DNA of 62,464 bases, counting the filler, from an uncultured Ignavibacteriales bacterium (GTDB taxonomy: Bacteria; Zixibacteria; MSB-5A5; GN15; JAAZOE01): the NCBI GenBank assembly GCA_964611355.1. It is 10 parts of 10 records of this genome, joined end to end, with 100 filler letters (N's around TTAATTAATTAA, not from the genome) between each part and the next. Parts side by side here need not be neighbours in the genome. Positions count along the whole stretch, not along the records: positions 36,423 to 42,315 come from CAZSYD010000082.1; positions 42,416 to 47,622 come from CAZSYD010000083.1; positions 47,723 to 52,594 come from CAZSYD010000084.1; 7 more parts are not named here. One strand, given 5' to 3'. Below, piece by piece: positions 40,875 through 51,014 of this stretch. Both the position numbers and the translations under genes were made by a program. The notes below the pieces were generated by a model, which did not search any database, was not told the DNA's origin, and saw only the letters and a list, made by a program, of their open reading frames with translations. Position 1 is the first letter of the stretch; every line of letters starts with the position of its first letter.

Positions 40875-42200
40875 ATGGCGAAAGTTGCTCTGGCGACGGT
40901 TGGGTGCCGGCTCAACCAGTGTGAAACCGAGAAACTGGCGGCGGAACTGGTCGGTCTCGGCCTGGAAAGGGTCGCTTATAACGAAGAAGCCGACCTGTAT
41001 ATCCTCAACTCGTGCACCGTTACCGGCCGGGCCGACGCCGACTGCCGCAAACTGATTAACCGCGCTTATCGCAGAAACAAGGACGCCGTTATAGTCGTGG
41101 CCGGTTGTTATGTTGTTTCGGAACGCGAAAAGATCGCCGCGATGACCGGTGTTGACCTTGCGGTCGGTAATGATGAGAAGAGCCGCCTGCCCGATATAAT
41201 CGGAAAAAAATTCCCGCACCTGTTCAATCAAAAACCCGACTTTGATTATCATACTGCCGAAACTTCCGGTGTCGTCCCGGGCCGGAAAGACGATATCCGG
41301 CTTTTCGGCGATTACAGCCGCGCTATGGTAAAGATTGCCGACGGATGTGACCAGAGATGTTCCTATTGCATAGTTCCCGGAGTGCGCGGACGTTTTTATT
41401 CGGTAGATGCAACCGCCGTTATTGATGAGGTGAAAAGATTGATTGACAACGGGTATCACGAAGTTGTCCTGACGGCGGTGCACATCGGCAAATACAAATA
41501 TAACGGCCTGAACCTGGCCGGGCTGGCGGACAGGATACTGAAAGAGACGAGTCTTTCCCGACTGCGGTTGTCGTCGCTCGAACCGAATGAACTCGACGAC
41601 CGTTTGCTTGAACTTATTGCCCGCGACCCGAGGGTTTGCCGTCACCTGCATCTTCCTTTGCAATCCGGCTCCAACCGGATTTTGAAGATGATGCGCCGGC
41701 CATACACCGGCGAAGAATATCTGGCCGTAGTCGAGCGGGTTAAAAGCTATAATGAAAATGTAACTATCGGGTGCGATTTGATAGTCGGCTTTCCGGGCGA
41801 GAGCGACGGCGATTTCCGGCAGTCGCTCGATGTTCTCAATTGCGGATATATCGACTACGGTCATATTTTTTCTTATTCCGACCGGCCGGGAACGCCAGCA
41901 TCAAAATTGCCCGATAAGATAAACAGCAAAATCATCAAGGAGCGTAACCGGCAGGCTCGCGAAATAAGCCACCGGAGACGAACCGACCATATGCGGCGTC
42001 AGATCGGCAAGACACTCGGCGTTATCTCTGAAAGGAAGCCTCGGAAGGACGGCGGCTATTGGGGAATCAGCGACAATTATATAAAGGTCAAGCTGCTTTC
42101 CGGCTCGGCGGGCGATAGAGCCGTAATAAACTTCATGCCGAAACGACTGACAGGAGATACTCCTCAAACGATCCACCTCGAAGGCGATATTATCGCATAG
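40875..42200 (+). CDS. mtaB: tRNA t6A37 methylthiotransferase MtaB
   Basis: GCRLNQ.E, NSCTVT, radical SAM CDQRCSYC, RLRLSSLEP, HLPLQSGS, YSDRPGT. Confidence 0.93.
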   Translation: MAKVALATVGCRLNQCETEKLAAELVGLGLERVAYNEEADLYILNSCTVTGRADADCRKLINRAYRRNKDAVIVVAGCYVVSEREKIAAMTGVDLAVGNDEKSRLPDIIGKKFPHLFNQKPDFDYHTAETSGVVPGRKDDIRLFGDYSRAMVKIADGCDQRCSYCIVPGVRGRFYSVDATAVIDEVKRLIDNGYHEVVLTAVHIGKYKYNGLNLAGLADRILKETSLSRLRLSSLEPNELDDRLLELIARDPRVCRHLHLPLQSGSNRILKMMRRPYTGEEYLAVVERVKSYNENVTIGCDLIVGFPGESDGDFRQSLDVLNCGYIDYGHIFSYSDRPGTPASKLPDKINSKIIKERNRQAREISHRRRTDHMRRQIGKTLGVISERKPRKDGGYWGISDNYIKVKLLSGSAGDRAVINFMPKRLTGDTPQTIHLEGDIIA

Positions 42201-42220
42201 GCACGTATCATTTTGTCCGA

Positions 42221-42306
42221 TAATCATTACCGAAGAAATGGGTTTGTTTCGTCATATTTATGTTTTGCAACTACAAGTTTGGTGGTAATCGTTGGAGTAA
42301 TTTATA
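42221..42306 (+). repeat. Dispersed intergenic repeat, copy 4
   Basis: Near-identical to 16151-16223; shares its 5' extension with 30264. Confidence 0.85.
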
Positions 42307-42315
42307 CTTTGTCCA

Positions 42316-42415
42316 NNNNNNNNNNNNNNNNNNNNNNNNNNNNNNNNNNNNNNNNNNNNTTAATTAATTAANNNNNNNNNNNNNNNNNNNNNNNNNNNNN
42401 NNNNNNNNNNNNNNN
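42316..42415. other. Artificial contig spacer
   Basis: N-TTAATTAATTAA-N, 100 nt. Confidence 0.97.
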
Positions 42416-42417
42416 TT

Positions 42418-42597
42418 CTGGTCGGGACGGCTCTGGGGAGAACGATCAGAAAGACCGTCGAATATTCGCTGGACGAACTGTCGCGCCTGACCGCCACCGA
42501 AGACGCAACGCGAAAATCAAAGTTTCCCGGTCTGGCTCAAGAGGAGACCAGGCACAAGTTACGGTTTGAAATTGAGTACCGAGTTACCATCCGGTAG
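42418..42597 (+). CDS. C-terminal fragment of a gene ending in a rubrerythrin/ferritin-like helix
   Basis: Open frame from the contig start ending LAQEETRHKLRFEIEYRVTIR*. Confidence 0.45.
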   Translation: MVGTALGRTIRKTVEYSLDELSRLTATEDATRKSKFPGLAQEETRHKLRFEIEYRVTIR

Positions 42598-42614
42598 AAG
42601 CGCAGGAAAGAGGT

Positions 42615-43433
42615 ATGGTTATTGTTGACTGGTTGACGGATATTCATCCGGTGTTGCAGGCACTCCTCGCGACCTGCTTCACCTGGTTCATAACCGCGCT
42701 GGGGGCCGCCGTGGTGTTCACTGCGCGGGAACCGAGCCGAAGAACACTCGACACCATGCTCGGCTTCGCCGCCGGCGTAATGATCGCCGCAAGTTACTGG
42801 TCGCTGCTGGCGCCTGCCATCGAGATGGCCGAGGGACAGGCTTTACCGGCATGGGTACCGGCCGTGGTGGGTTTTCTTATCGGGGCTTTCTTTTTGCGAC
42901 TGGCTGACATGCTTCTGCCTCATTTGCATCTCGGTATGCCAATGGAAAAGGCGGAAGGTATCAAAACGAGCTGGCGGCGAAGCACACTGCTTGTGCTGGC
43001 CATTACCCTGCATAACATACCGGAAGGTCTTGCAGTGGGTGTTGCCTTTGGCGCGGCTGCTGCAGGGTTGCCCTCGGCGACCCTGGCCGGCGCTATCGCT
43101 TTGGCGATTGGAATCGGCATACAGAATTTCCCTGAAGGCACGGCCGTCTCCATGTCGCTGCGGCGGGAGAATATCTCTAGATTGAAATGTTTCTGGTATG
43201 GCCAGTTATCGGGGATAGTTGAACCTATTGCGGGCGTGATTGGTGCGGCCCTCGTACTGATTGCGCGTCCGATTCTTCCTTATGCCCTGGCCTTTGCCGC
43301 CGGAGCTATGATCTTTGTCGTTATTGAGGAACTCGTTCCGGAATCGCAAACCAGTGGACATTCGGACGCCGCCACGATGGGGGCAATCATTGGCTTTGCG
43401 GTAATGATGACACTTGACGTCGCTTTGGGGTAA
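42615..43433 (+). CDS. ZIP family metal transporter (ZupT/GufA-like)
   Basis: GFAAGVM, LHNIPEGLAVG, IQNFPEG, SGIVEP and AAGAMIFVV.EELVPE motifs. Confidence 0.93.
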   Translation: MVIVDWLTDIHPVLQALLATCFTWFITALGAAVVFTAREPSRRTLDTMLGFAAGVMIAASYWSLLAPAIEMAEGQALPAWVPAVVGFLIGAFFLRLADMLLPHLHLGMPMEKAEGIKTSWRRSTLLVLAITLHNIPEGLAVGVAFGAAAAGLPSATLAGAIALAIGIGIQNFPEGTAVSMSLRRENISRLKCFWYGQLSGIVEPIAGVIGAALVLIARPILPYALAFAAGAMIFVVIEELVPESQTSGHSDAATMGAIIGFAVMMTLDVALG

Positions 43434-43519
43434 TACCGGGGCTGGTGACGCGATGCTTCACTTTTATGAATCAGCCGTGCAGACTGAATCCAGCCGAAAA
43501 AATAACCCGGCTGACCATA

Positions 43520-45094
43520 TTACCACCAAACCTGCCTGCCGTCTTTGATTGTAAAGATACGCTCCTCCCGGTCGGAATCTTTGGCAACCAGCCAGTAAAG
43601 GCAACCGGCGGGGACTTCTTTGAAGACAATCGGTTTGTCGGCGGCAATCGACTTGCCCAGCGACTGCCAGCCGTCCATCCAGTAAAACAGTTCGTACTCC
43701 TGTCCGGAAGTAAGAAACGTTTTTTCGATCCCGTCAGTCGAGACTTCCTGTTTGCGGCGAGTAGTGGAGACCGGTCGGACTAATATGGTTCTTTCGTTGT
43801 CGGGCTGAAGCTCCCGAACAGCGCCGTCGGACTGAAGGATAAACGGCCCGCCAAAAGGCACGATTTCCTCATCGGTATAAAGCGCCGGAAGGTAAGCGAT
43901 ATCCGTACCCATATCCGTAAAAACCGTCGAGCCGTTTTCAATTCTTCCCCAGTGAATCGCTCTCCACTCTCCGGAATTGAAGACGCACAGGTAGGCGATA
44001 TCTACCGAGTCGGGAATCTCCTGCCGGAATGCGATATTTACATCACAGACATCCGTATAATCAGTGGTAACGTCCCTGTAATTCTTTCCGGACAGCCAGC
44101 GAGGCATCTTTTCCTGTTTCCTTTCCCGAAAGACAAGATTTTCCTTTTGCTTGCCGAACATTTTCCGGTATGCCTTGGCCAGCTTATTGGCAAGGCGATA
44201 TTTGCCCGGATTTTTTTCCGCTCCCATAAACGGAACCACTCGGCCGTCGGGAGCGATAATCACATTCCAGGCGTGGTTGTTTCCGGCATTTGCCCAATGC
44301 GGCGTGTAGTCGCTGGTGACGGCCAGGCCATTGGCCCGCATGGCGTAGATCGTCACGTTGGTCATATCCTCACATCGCCCAAGCCCGTTCTCAAGCATCT
44401 CCGAAAGCCCCTGGTCAGTGGGGTGATAATAAAAGCGCGGGTCAAATGTAAACCATGATTTGATATCATCGTTAATCAAAGCGGCTGCTTCGACGGGATC
44501 GGACGGATTGTTCACTTTGGTTTCAATGTCCTTGTACTTCTCCCAAAAGGTTTCACGCCAATCCTCCAGCGGCTCACTGCTGCCGCGATAAGGCAGCACA
44601 TATTCGCAAAAACTTTCAAACGAAAGACCCGTGGCCCAGGGTTTCTCGCGCCAGGCTTTGAAAGCATAGTCTATCTGCTTGATCAGGAAATCGGCAGTGA
44701 CGACGTCTAAATCGTAAATCTTTTCTTTTCTTTCGAAATCAAGTTCACCATACCGGGTCTCTAATGTATCGCAGGCCGCTTTCAGGCCGGCATAGTCCGG
44801 ATAGTCAAGGGCGTTAAAGTCAACCTCCGCTCCGGCGGTGTCTTGAAGAACATACGTTACGTAGCTGTGGCCTTCCATGTTAGCGATTAGATAAAAGGCG
44901 GCCTGCAGCTTAAGTGAATCGTCTCCGGAAGCGTAGTGGGTCAGCGTTTTTTCCAGCTCTGTCTTATTGTCGCCGGCCGCTTTGAGGGCTTCCATCACAT
45001 CCGCGGGGTAAGGCGGTTTCTCCGCACAAGCGATATAGAGAACGGACAATAATATGGCGAGAAAAACAATAATGCTTATGTGCCTTCCGCGCAT
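43520..45094 (-). CDS. Transglutaminase-like domain lipoprotein
   Basis: Lipobox IAC; G.CED, HAWN and EYVLPYR motifs; GGAGG RBS at this start. Confidence 0.8.
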   Translation of the reverse strand: MRGRHISIIVFLAILLSVLYIACAEKPPYPADVMEALKAAGDNKTELEKTLTHYASGDDSLKLQAAFYLIANMEGHSYVTYVLQDTAGAEVDFNALDYPDYAGLKAACDTLETRYGELDFERKEKIYDLDVVTADFLIKQIDYAFKAWREKPWATGLSFESFCEYVLPYRGSSEPLEDWRETFWEKYKDIETKVNNPSDPVEAAALINDDIKSWFTFDPRFYYHPTDQGLSEMLENGLGRCEDMTNVTIYAMRANGLAVTSDYTPHWANAGNNHAWNVIIAPDGRVVPFMGAEKNPGKYRLANKLAKAYRKMFGKQKENLVFRERKQEKMPRWLSGKNYRDVTTDYTDVCDVNIAFRQEIPDSVDIAYLCVFNSGEWRAIHWGRIENGSTVFTDMGTDIAYLPALYTDEEIVPFGGPFILQSDGAVRELQPDNERTILVRPVSTTRRKQEVSTDGIEKTFLTSGQEYELFYWMDGWQSLGKSIAADKPIVFKEVPAGCLYWLVAKDSDREERIFTIKDGRQVWW

Positions 45095-45602
45095 CTTTAC
45101 CTCCCGTGGAACTTGATAATATATTTTTATCGCCTTGAATAGCAATCTTGGTGATATTCTTCACAGCCGCAAGTATTTTTCTGACCAATCAGGTACGGCG
45201 TCCCCGGACATGCAACATATAATAAATACGGTACCCGCCGACGTTTTAAGGTTGTATCATAAGTCAATTGTTCTGTCGGTTTTCGTTTTTCGCATGTTTT
45301 CTTCGGCTGACGATATGGAATCTGCAAAGGCTTGCATCGGCATCCTTCCGTAAAAGTATTTCCCAGTATATAGTCGCTCCCGGTTATACTCCTGTTAACG
45401 GTAGGATTGCCCGGCTTTGGCTTTCCCGCGGCAGCCGGAGGTCTGCTGCGCCGGCAAATCTTATGCAAAATTGCCTTGAAATATCGGCATATTTGTTTTA
45501 CCTTCCCGCCTGATGATAAATAATACCGGGCCTAAAAACCGGGGGATACCATCATCGAAAGCACGCTGATAAACTCAACCAATATAGATCAGGAGAAAAG
45601 GG

Positions 45603-46835
45603 ATGTATTTTAACCTTTTGAGCGACGGGGAAAGGAAGGCCATCGACGCGCTGATCGACGCCTACGGCGGGACAAAGGCGATTGGCGACAAGATCAACAC
45701 CATGAGAAACTACGAAACCAGAAAGAAGATTGCCGCCGACAGGGGTTTCGGGGAAATGCTTGAGAAGGCTGAAGACCACGTCAGGGAATTTCCAAAACTT
45801 GAGGATTTCATCGCCAAAGAAGGAATCAAAACCGATAAAAAAGGCGTCTGCACGGCCCAGGTGTCCGGCTTCCAGGGACCGTATGTAACCTTTGACTGCA
45901 TACGCCGCATCGCCCAAAACCGCGACGTTCTCTTTCCAACCGAAATGATTTCGGTGGTAGGTCTCACCGACCATTACGTTTACTCCGGCGAACTGTTGAC
46001 AACCCTGGCTATGGCGGAGAATATTCTGGGGGCCAGCAAATTCTGCTCAGCCAATCTTATCGGCACTCCGTTACCGGAGCAGCGATTTACAAAGGTAGAA
46101 AAGATAACGGGCGAAAAATTCGAACGGCGTGATTTGGGGAAAGGGATAAGTCAAATCATCCTGAAAAACATGGGCACGGCCTTCGGCAACCTCGGCGGCG
46201 TTGAAGTCGGCAATAACAATCACCTCCTCTATCTCGACGGCATGACGCGGGCGGCGCTTGAAACCGGCGCCAGCTTCTTCCTCAATCCGAGCTGGTCGAC
46301 GATTGTGGCCGCATGTTACTTCGCCAGGGAAATCCCGGAGATCAGCTTCAAGATATCGATGCTCCTCTCCGCTCAAAACACCATCCAGTTCAGGATGCTA
46401 ATGAACATATTCAAAGAGTACCTGCGCGACGACGGCACCACCCCGATCTACGAAATCAACATCGGCAACGCAGCCAACCCGGAAACATTTATGCAGTGCG
46501 CGGAAGAGCTTAAAGTCTCCGGCCTACCGGAAATCGAGTTGGCCGCGCACCTGAGGATCAATCCCGATCTCGGCATAGAAGGCTTCGATTGGACCGAAAA
46601 CGCCCACAACGTGCTTGACGGCGGATGCGATATTACAATCAAGTACGAGAGCGACGGGCAATCGCGACCATATGACACCATGGAGGCATACTTCCTCCCC
46701 GACAAAGAGAGAACAGAAAAGGCGGAATTGATTGGCGATGTAATCTACCATAAGTGCGTGCGCTGTGACAAAGACGCTAAAGAGATAATGCGCCGTGGCC
46801 ACAAGGTCAAATTTGCCGAAATCGCACACCGTTAG
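45603..46835 (+). CDS. Hypothetical cytoplasmic protein (410 aa)
   Basis: Long ORF with AGGAG RBS; no motif recognised. Confidence 0.75.
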   Translation: MYFNLLSDGERKAIDALIDAYGGTKAIGDKINTMRNYETRKKIAADRGFGEMLEKAEDHVREFPKLEDFIAKEGIKTDKKGVCTAQVSGFQGPYVTFDCIRRIAQNRDVLFPTEMISVVGLTDHYVYSGELLTTLAMAENILGASKFCSANLIGTPLPEQRFTKVEKITGEKFERRDLGKGISQIILKNMGTAFGNLGGVEVGNNNHLLYLDGMTRAALETGASFFLNPSWSTIVAACYFAREIPEISFKISMLLSAQNTIQFRMLMNIFKEYLRDDGTTPIYEINIGNAANPETFMQCAEELKVSGLPEIELAAHLRINPDLGIEGFDWTENAHNVLDGGCDITIKYESDGQSRPYDTMEAYFLPDKERTEKAELIGDVIYHKCVRCDKDAKEIMRRGHKVKFAEIAHR

Positions 46836-46963
46836 TAAGGACAACCGATAAATGACCTGACGCGTCAACGTTATCGATGTCTTCGATGCTCATGATCGTT
46901 ACGGTATCATATAACGTAATACCGTGTGCGAACCATAGATCACCATAAGGGAGAATTAGAACA

Positions 46964-47622
46964 ATGCGCTTACTATTAATCGGTTTTGGAACCGTCGGAC
47001 AGGGGCTCGCCGAGCTGCTTATTGAAAAAAGGCGGGCGTTGCTTGACGAATACGGACTCGATATTAAAGTCGTCGGCATCGGCGATATGCTCAAGGGAAG
47101 TTTGTATAGTCCCGACGGTATAGACTTGCCGAAGGCTCTGGAACTGGCAAAATCAGGCGGTAAAATATCCGACTTGCCCGGTGCTTACGACGGCGATGCG
47201 CTGAGCTTGATTCAAAAGGCGGACGCCGACATGATGGTGGAGGCGACCTACACCGATATCAAAACCGCCGAACCGGCCACGTCACATATGCGCGCCGCTC
47301 TCGAAAAGGGAATGCACGTTACTACGACGAATAAGGGTCCTTTGGCGCTGCATTTTCACGAACTCTCGGATTTGGCCAAAAGCAGGAACGTAAAATTTCT
47401 GTACGAAGGTACGGTTATGAGCGGTACGCCGGTTTTGAACCTGATCAGAGAGACGCTCGCCGCCAGTTCCATCTCCGAAATAAAGGGGATTCTCAACGGA
47501 ACGACGAACTACATTTTCACCCGGATGGAAGAGGGACTCGCCTATGACGACGCGCTTAAGAAAGCGCAGGAGCTTGGTTACGCCGAAGCCGTTCCCGACG
47601 CCGATGTGCTGGGGTGGGACGC
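46964..47622 (+). CDS. hom: Homoserine dehydrogenase (3' truncated)
   Basis: GFGTVG, TTNKGP, YEGTVMSGTP, GILNGTTNYI and AQELGYAE..P.ADV.G.D motifs. Confidence 0.93.
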
Positions 47623-47722
47623 NNNNNNNNNNNNNNNNNNNNNNNNNNNNNNNNNNNNNNNNNNNNTTAATTAATTAANNNNNNNNNNNNNNNNNNNNNN
47701 NNNNNNNNNNNNNNNNNNNNNN
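47623..47722. other. Artificial contig spacer
   Basis: N-TTAATTAATTAA-N, 100 nt. Confidence 0.97.
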
Positions 47723-47974
47723 TTTATTGATTCCTTTCCTATACCTCAGAGTTCAGTTAAGGTAGGAATAATTGATGGACATCGCAATCCAATTAGGGCA
47801 AAACCGGCCGGGTATTAAATGACCCTTAGTAAAATCAGGGTCGTGTAATCATTCCTGTATGGGTTTACGAATTCAGCAATTCCGACCGACTTCGCGGCGT
47901 TGGTGTTCTCTATATCATTTATAATTTTTTAGTCATGCGACGGGTCTTTTTTGCTTAAAATACCGCCACTGTTA

Positions 47975-48811
47975 CTACAAATCGTTTAGAATCTGCCTGG
48001 TTTCATCAATCTCAACGAGGGCTTTTTTGAGTGATTCTTCGAATTCGCTCATGTTCAGGTTGATGATCTCCCATGCCTCGGGATAAAACTCAGTCACATA
48101 AAATCTTCCGCTGTCGCCGATATCCATGGCGTGGCTGATCATATCGGCAATATTGACGGCGGCCGCAAATGGCGCGTAATCTTCCGCGGCCAGGGGCGTA
48201 TGGTGGCAGGCAATAGCGACCCGGATACTCTTCGGGAAATTCCATTTTTCCGCCAGTTGATTGCCAAGGACCTGGTGATCTATTCCAAAATGTTTTCTTT
48301 CCGCTTCAAGGTCAGTTATCCTGGCCTGACCGGATTGAAAATTTTTATAAAGATTCTTATCGGTCTGGACGAAAATAAGACGTCCGACATCATGAAGGAT
48401 ACCGCTGATAAAGGCTTCTTCCCGGCTGTCTTTGTCCATCTTAACAAAAAGATGTTTGGCGATAACTCCAACGGCAAAAGAGTGCTGCCAGAAATCATGC
48501 TCGTTGATGACGCCGTCGTCAAACTGAAAAGCCTTAATGATTGAAGTTGCCAGCAAAAGCTGGTGGATAGCGTTAAGGCCCAGCATGGTTACGGCTTCTT
48601 CGACCGAGATGATCTTGCGGGAGAAACCGTAAAAAGGCGAATTCACCAATCTCAGCACCCGGGCCGTGAATCCCTGATCGGTTTCGATGACTTTTGCAAC
48701 CCTGTAATTACCGACATCATCCTGACCGATGAGAAGGTTTAACTTCTCGATAACGGCCGGCAGAGAGGGAAGTTCGGCCGGAGTTATTATTTTGGGGGTT
48801 GCAATATCCAT
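47975..48811 (-). CDS. HDOD domain protein
   Basis: LPSLP, VLRLVNSPFYG, FWQHS, GILHDVG and KWNFP...AI..HH motifs. Confidence 0.92.
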   Translation of the reverse strand: MDIATPKIITPAELPSLPAVIEKLNLLIGQDDVGNYRVAKVIETDQGFTARVLRLVNSPFYGFSRKIISVEEAVTMLGLNAIHQLLLATSIIKAFQFDDGVINEHDFWQHSFAVGVIAKHLFVKMDKDSREEAFISGILHDVGRLIFVQTDKNLYKNFQSGQARITDLEAERKHFGIDHQVLGNQLAEKWNFPKSIRVAIACHHTPLAAEDYAPFAAAVNIADMISHAMDIGDSGRFYVTEFYPEAWEIINLNMSEFEESLKKALVEIDETRQILNDL

Positions 48812-48816
48812 TTCTT

Positions 48817-49188
48817 TTACCCGGATTCAAGATCGGTTTTTTTCCATTGACGATAAAGTCTCTTCATTATTTCCGCCATTTGCCGGACTTCCTCGTGATG
48901 AAGAATCATCGACAGGCATCGATCAACGTGGGCGTCAAAATCCTGTTCCGGCGAGACCTGAGATTTCTCCCCTTCGGCCCCATTCTTCTTCGGCCCGGGA
49001 TCTTTTTTGCGCGGTTTTGGCCGCGGACTTAAATCGGGCAGATCCGAACGGGCCAGTTGATCGAGCCGACTTGCGTCAAGTTTAATCTCATCGGCGTACA
49101 ACCGGTCGTTGTTCGGACCGGCTGCATCCCTGCCATTCGGCACACCCGGCCGGGAATTCTTATCCGACATTTTCTCTGACAGCCCCAT
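48817..49188 (-). CDS. Small hypothetical protein in the signalling operon
   Basis: ORF fills the gap between regulator and HDOD genes; start 49188 or 49170. Confidence 0.5.
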   Translation of the reverse strand: MGLSEKMSDKNSRPGVPNGRDAAGPNNDRLYADEIKLDASRLDQLARSDLPDLSPRPKPRKKDPGPKKNGAEGEKSQVSPEQDFDAHVDRCLSMILHHEEVRQMAEIMKRLYRQWKKTDLESG

Positions 49189-49189
49189 A

Positions 49190-49705
49190 TCAGGTCTCGC
49201 AGTCAATGATAATTGCTCCGTCGCTGTCCACCCTTTTCTCGGTGATACCGGGATGTTCTTCTTCCAGCTTATTAAGCAGTTCATCTTTTTGCTTGAGAGT
49301 CGATTTAAGCCTGGTATTTTCCCGTTCCAACTCCCGCTGTTTGAAGGCGTACCTGACCGAAATCAAAAGCTCGAAATCATCCCAGGGTTTGGTAAAGAAA
49401 CGATAGATTGCACCGTCGTTGATTGCGTTTTTGGCTACTTCTATATCGGTCTGGCCGGTCAGCATGAACCGAATGACGTGGGGATGAAGAACCCTGATGG
49501 TTTTCAACAGTTCGGTGCCGGAAATCCCGGGCATATTTTCATCGGTGATAATCATATCGATTTTTTCCGTTTCCATAATTTCCAGAGCCGTATTTGCCGA
49601 ACCCGCCGAGAAAATTCCGTAACCCTTTGTCAACCGAAAGGTCCGCTGCAGAGCCTTCAATATATTGGGCGAGTCGTCAACCAACAGTATACGGTACTTT
49701 TTCAT
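49190..49705 (-). CDS. Response regulator (receiver + coiled coil)
   Basis: LVDD, ITDENMP, LTG and KPW motifs. Confidence 0.9.
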   Translation of the reverse strand: MKKYRILLVDDSPNILKALQRTFRLTKGYGIFSAGSANTALEIMETEKIDMIITDENMPGISGTELLKTIRVLHPHVIRFMLTGQTDIEVAKNAINDGAIYRFFTKPWDDFELLISVRYAFKQRELERENTRLKSTLKQKDELLNKLEEEHPGITEKRVDSDGAIIIDCET

Positions 49706-51014
49706 TACTATCCTCTTCAGTAACGCTCGTCTTATAAATCTTAATTCCGGAAGTTATGCAATCGCACTTGTCAATTTTTATGATCCGCTTAATCATCCCG
49801 GAAGACAGTTTCGCTCCCCTGGGTATGACAAAAAGACCGCTCCTGGTATAAACGTCGTCGGCAATTACCATATTCTGGGCCAAATGCATCGGTTTGATTA
49901 CGGCGACATCCGAATCCGAGGTTTCCTGGTGGAAGTATGCTCTGGCGATATCATGCTCGATAAACTTCTTGATTATGAGGGGATCGAATTTCGTACCCGA
50001 ATGCTGCACCAGGTAAGCGACGGCATCGTTGAGACATTTCATATCCGGATAGCCGCCCATATAGGCCTTGTGATCGAAGGCGTCGGCGATTCTAATGATT
50101 CTTGACCCGAAAGGAATCGCTTTTTCGGTCAGCTTGTCCGGATAGCCGTTGCCGTCATAATCTTCATGATGGTGCCGGATAATCATTCCTATCTCTTCGA
50201 ACCCGCTGATGGCATAAACAAAGCTTTGGCCGAGTATCGGGTGCGGGGCGGCGATATCCATTTCCTTGCGGGAGTAATCTTCGGGATTTTTCTTATGAAT
50301 GATATCCGGCATCGATAACTTGCCGATATCATGCAGGAAAGCGGACACCACAATATCCTGGATTTCCTTGTCGTTCAGATCGAAATGTTTGAGAAACTTC
50401 TTGACCAACAGCGCCACCCGGCGCGAGTGACTGCCGGTTTCCTTGAAACGCAGTTCGATAACGGTCGAAAAAGCCTTGATCGTCTCCATGAAGCTTTTCA
50501 TCAGTTCGTCGTGCTGGGCGCGGATTTTCTGCGTCTGGGCGGCGACTCGCTGCTCCAGCGACCGGTTCAGCTCCCGCAGTTGCCGGTTTTGCTGGTGAGT
50601 AAGCTTTGTCAACCGCCGATTCTCCACGGTGATGCGGTACGTTTCCAGGGACTCCGTGATCCGGCTGAGGAGTAAGTCATCATCCCATGGCTTGTTTAAG
50701 TAATACCGGATGGCCCCGCTGTTGATGGCTTCGACGGTCGCCTCGATATCGGCGTATCCCGTCAGAAGAATCCGGGGCGTATCGGGCGATATTTCCCGGG
50801 CGCGGTGCAAAAGCTCCACGCCGGTCATTCCCGGCATACGCTGATCTGAAATAATCAGCGAGACCTTGTTATTACTCAGCAGCTTCAGAGCCTCATCGCC
50901 GCCCGAAGCGGTGAGGACGTCGATATCGGCACCGGATAGAAGACGGCGCAGGGCTTTGAGGATGCCCTCCTCATCATCAACTGTCAGTACGGTATGGGCA
51001 AACTTATTCGGCAA
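49677..51014 (-). CDS. Response regulator with HD-GYP phosphodiesterase domain (RpfG-like)
   Basis: Receiver domain, then HS.RVA, LHDIGK, HHEDYDGNGYP; TTG start at 51014 after GGAG. Confidence 0.9.
   Translation of the reverse strand: MPNKFAHTVLTVDDEEGILKALRRLLSGADIDVLTASGGDEALKLLSNNKVSLIISDQRMPGMTGVELLHRAREISPDTPRILLTGYADIEATVEAINSGAIRYYLNKPWDDDLLLSRITESLETYRITVENRRLTKLTHQQNRQLRELNRSLEQRVAAQTQKIRAQHDELMKSFMETIKAFSTVIELRFKETGSHSRRVALLVKKFLKHFDLNDKEIQDIVVSAFLHDIGKLSMPDIIHKKNPEDYSRKEMDIAAPHPILGQSFVYAISGFEEIGMIIRHHHEDYDGNGYPDKLTEKAIPFGSRIIRIADAFDHKAYMGGYPDMKCLNDAVAYLVQHSGTKFDPLIIKKFIEHDIARAYFHQETSDSDVAVIKPMHLAQNMVIADDVYTRSGLFVIPRGAKLSSGMIKRIIKIDKCDCITSGIKIYKTSVTEEDSNEKVPYTVG

Noticed and set aside
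16151..42306. CRISPR interpretation of the dispersed repeat
   Set aside because: Single copies on different contigs, no spacer array and no cas genes.
45500..45600. Possible riboswitch upstream of the hypothetical-hom unit
   Set aside because: GCTGATAA resembles part of a fluoride riboswitch, but the 5' GATGG..TTC element is missing.
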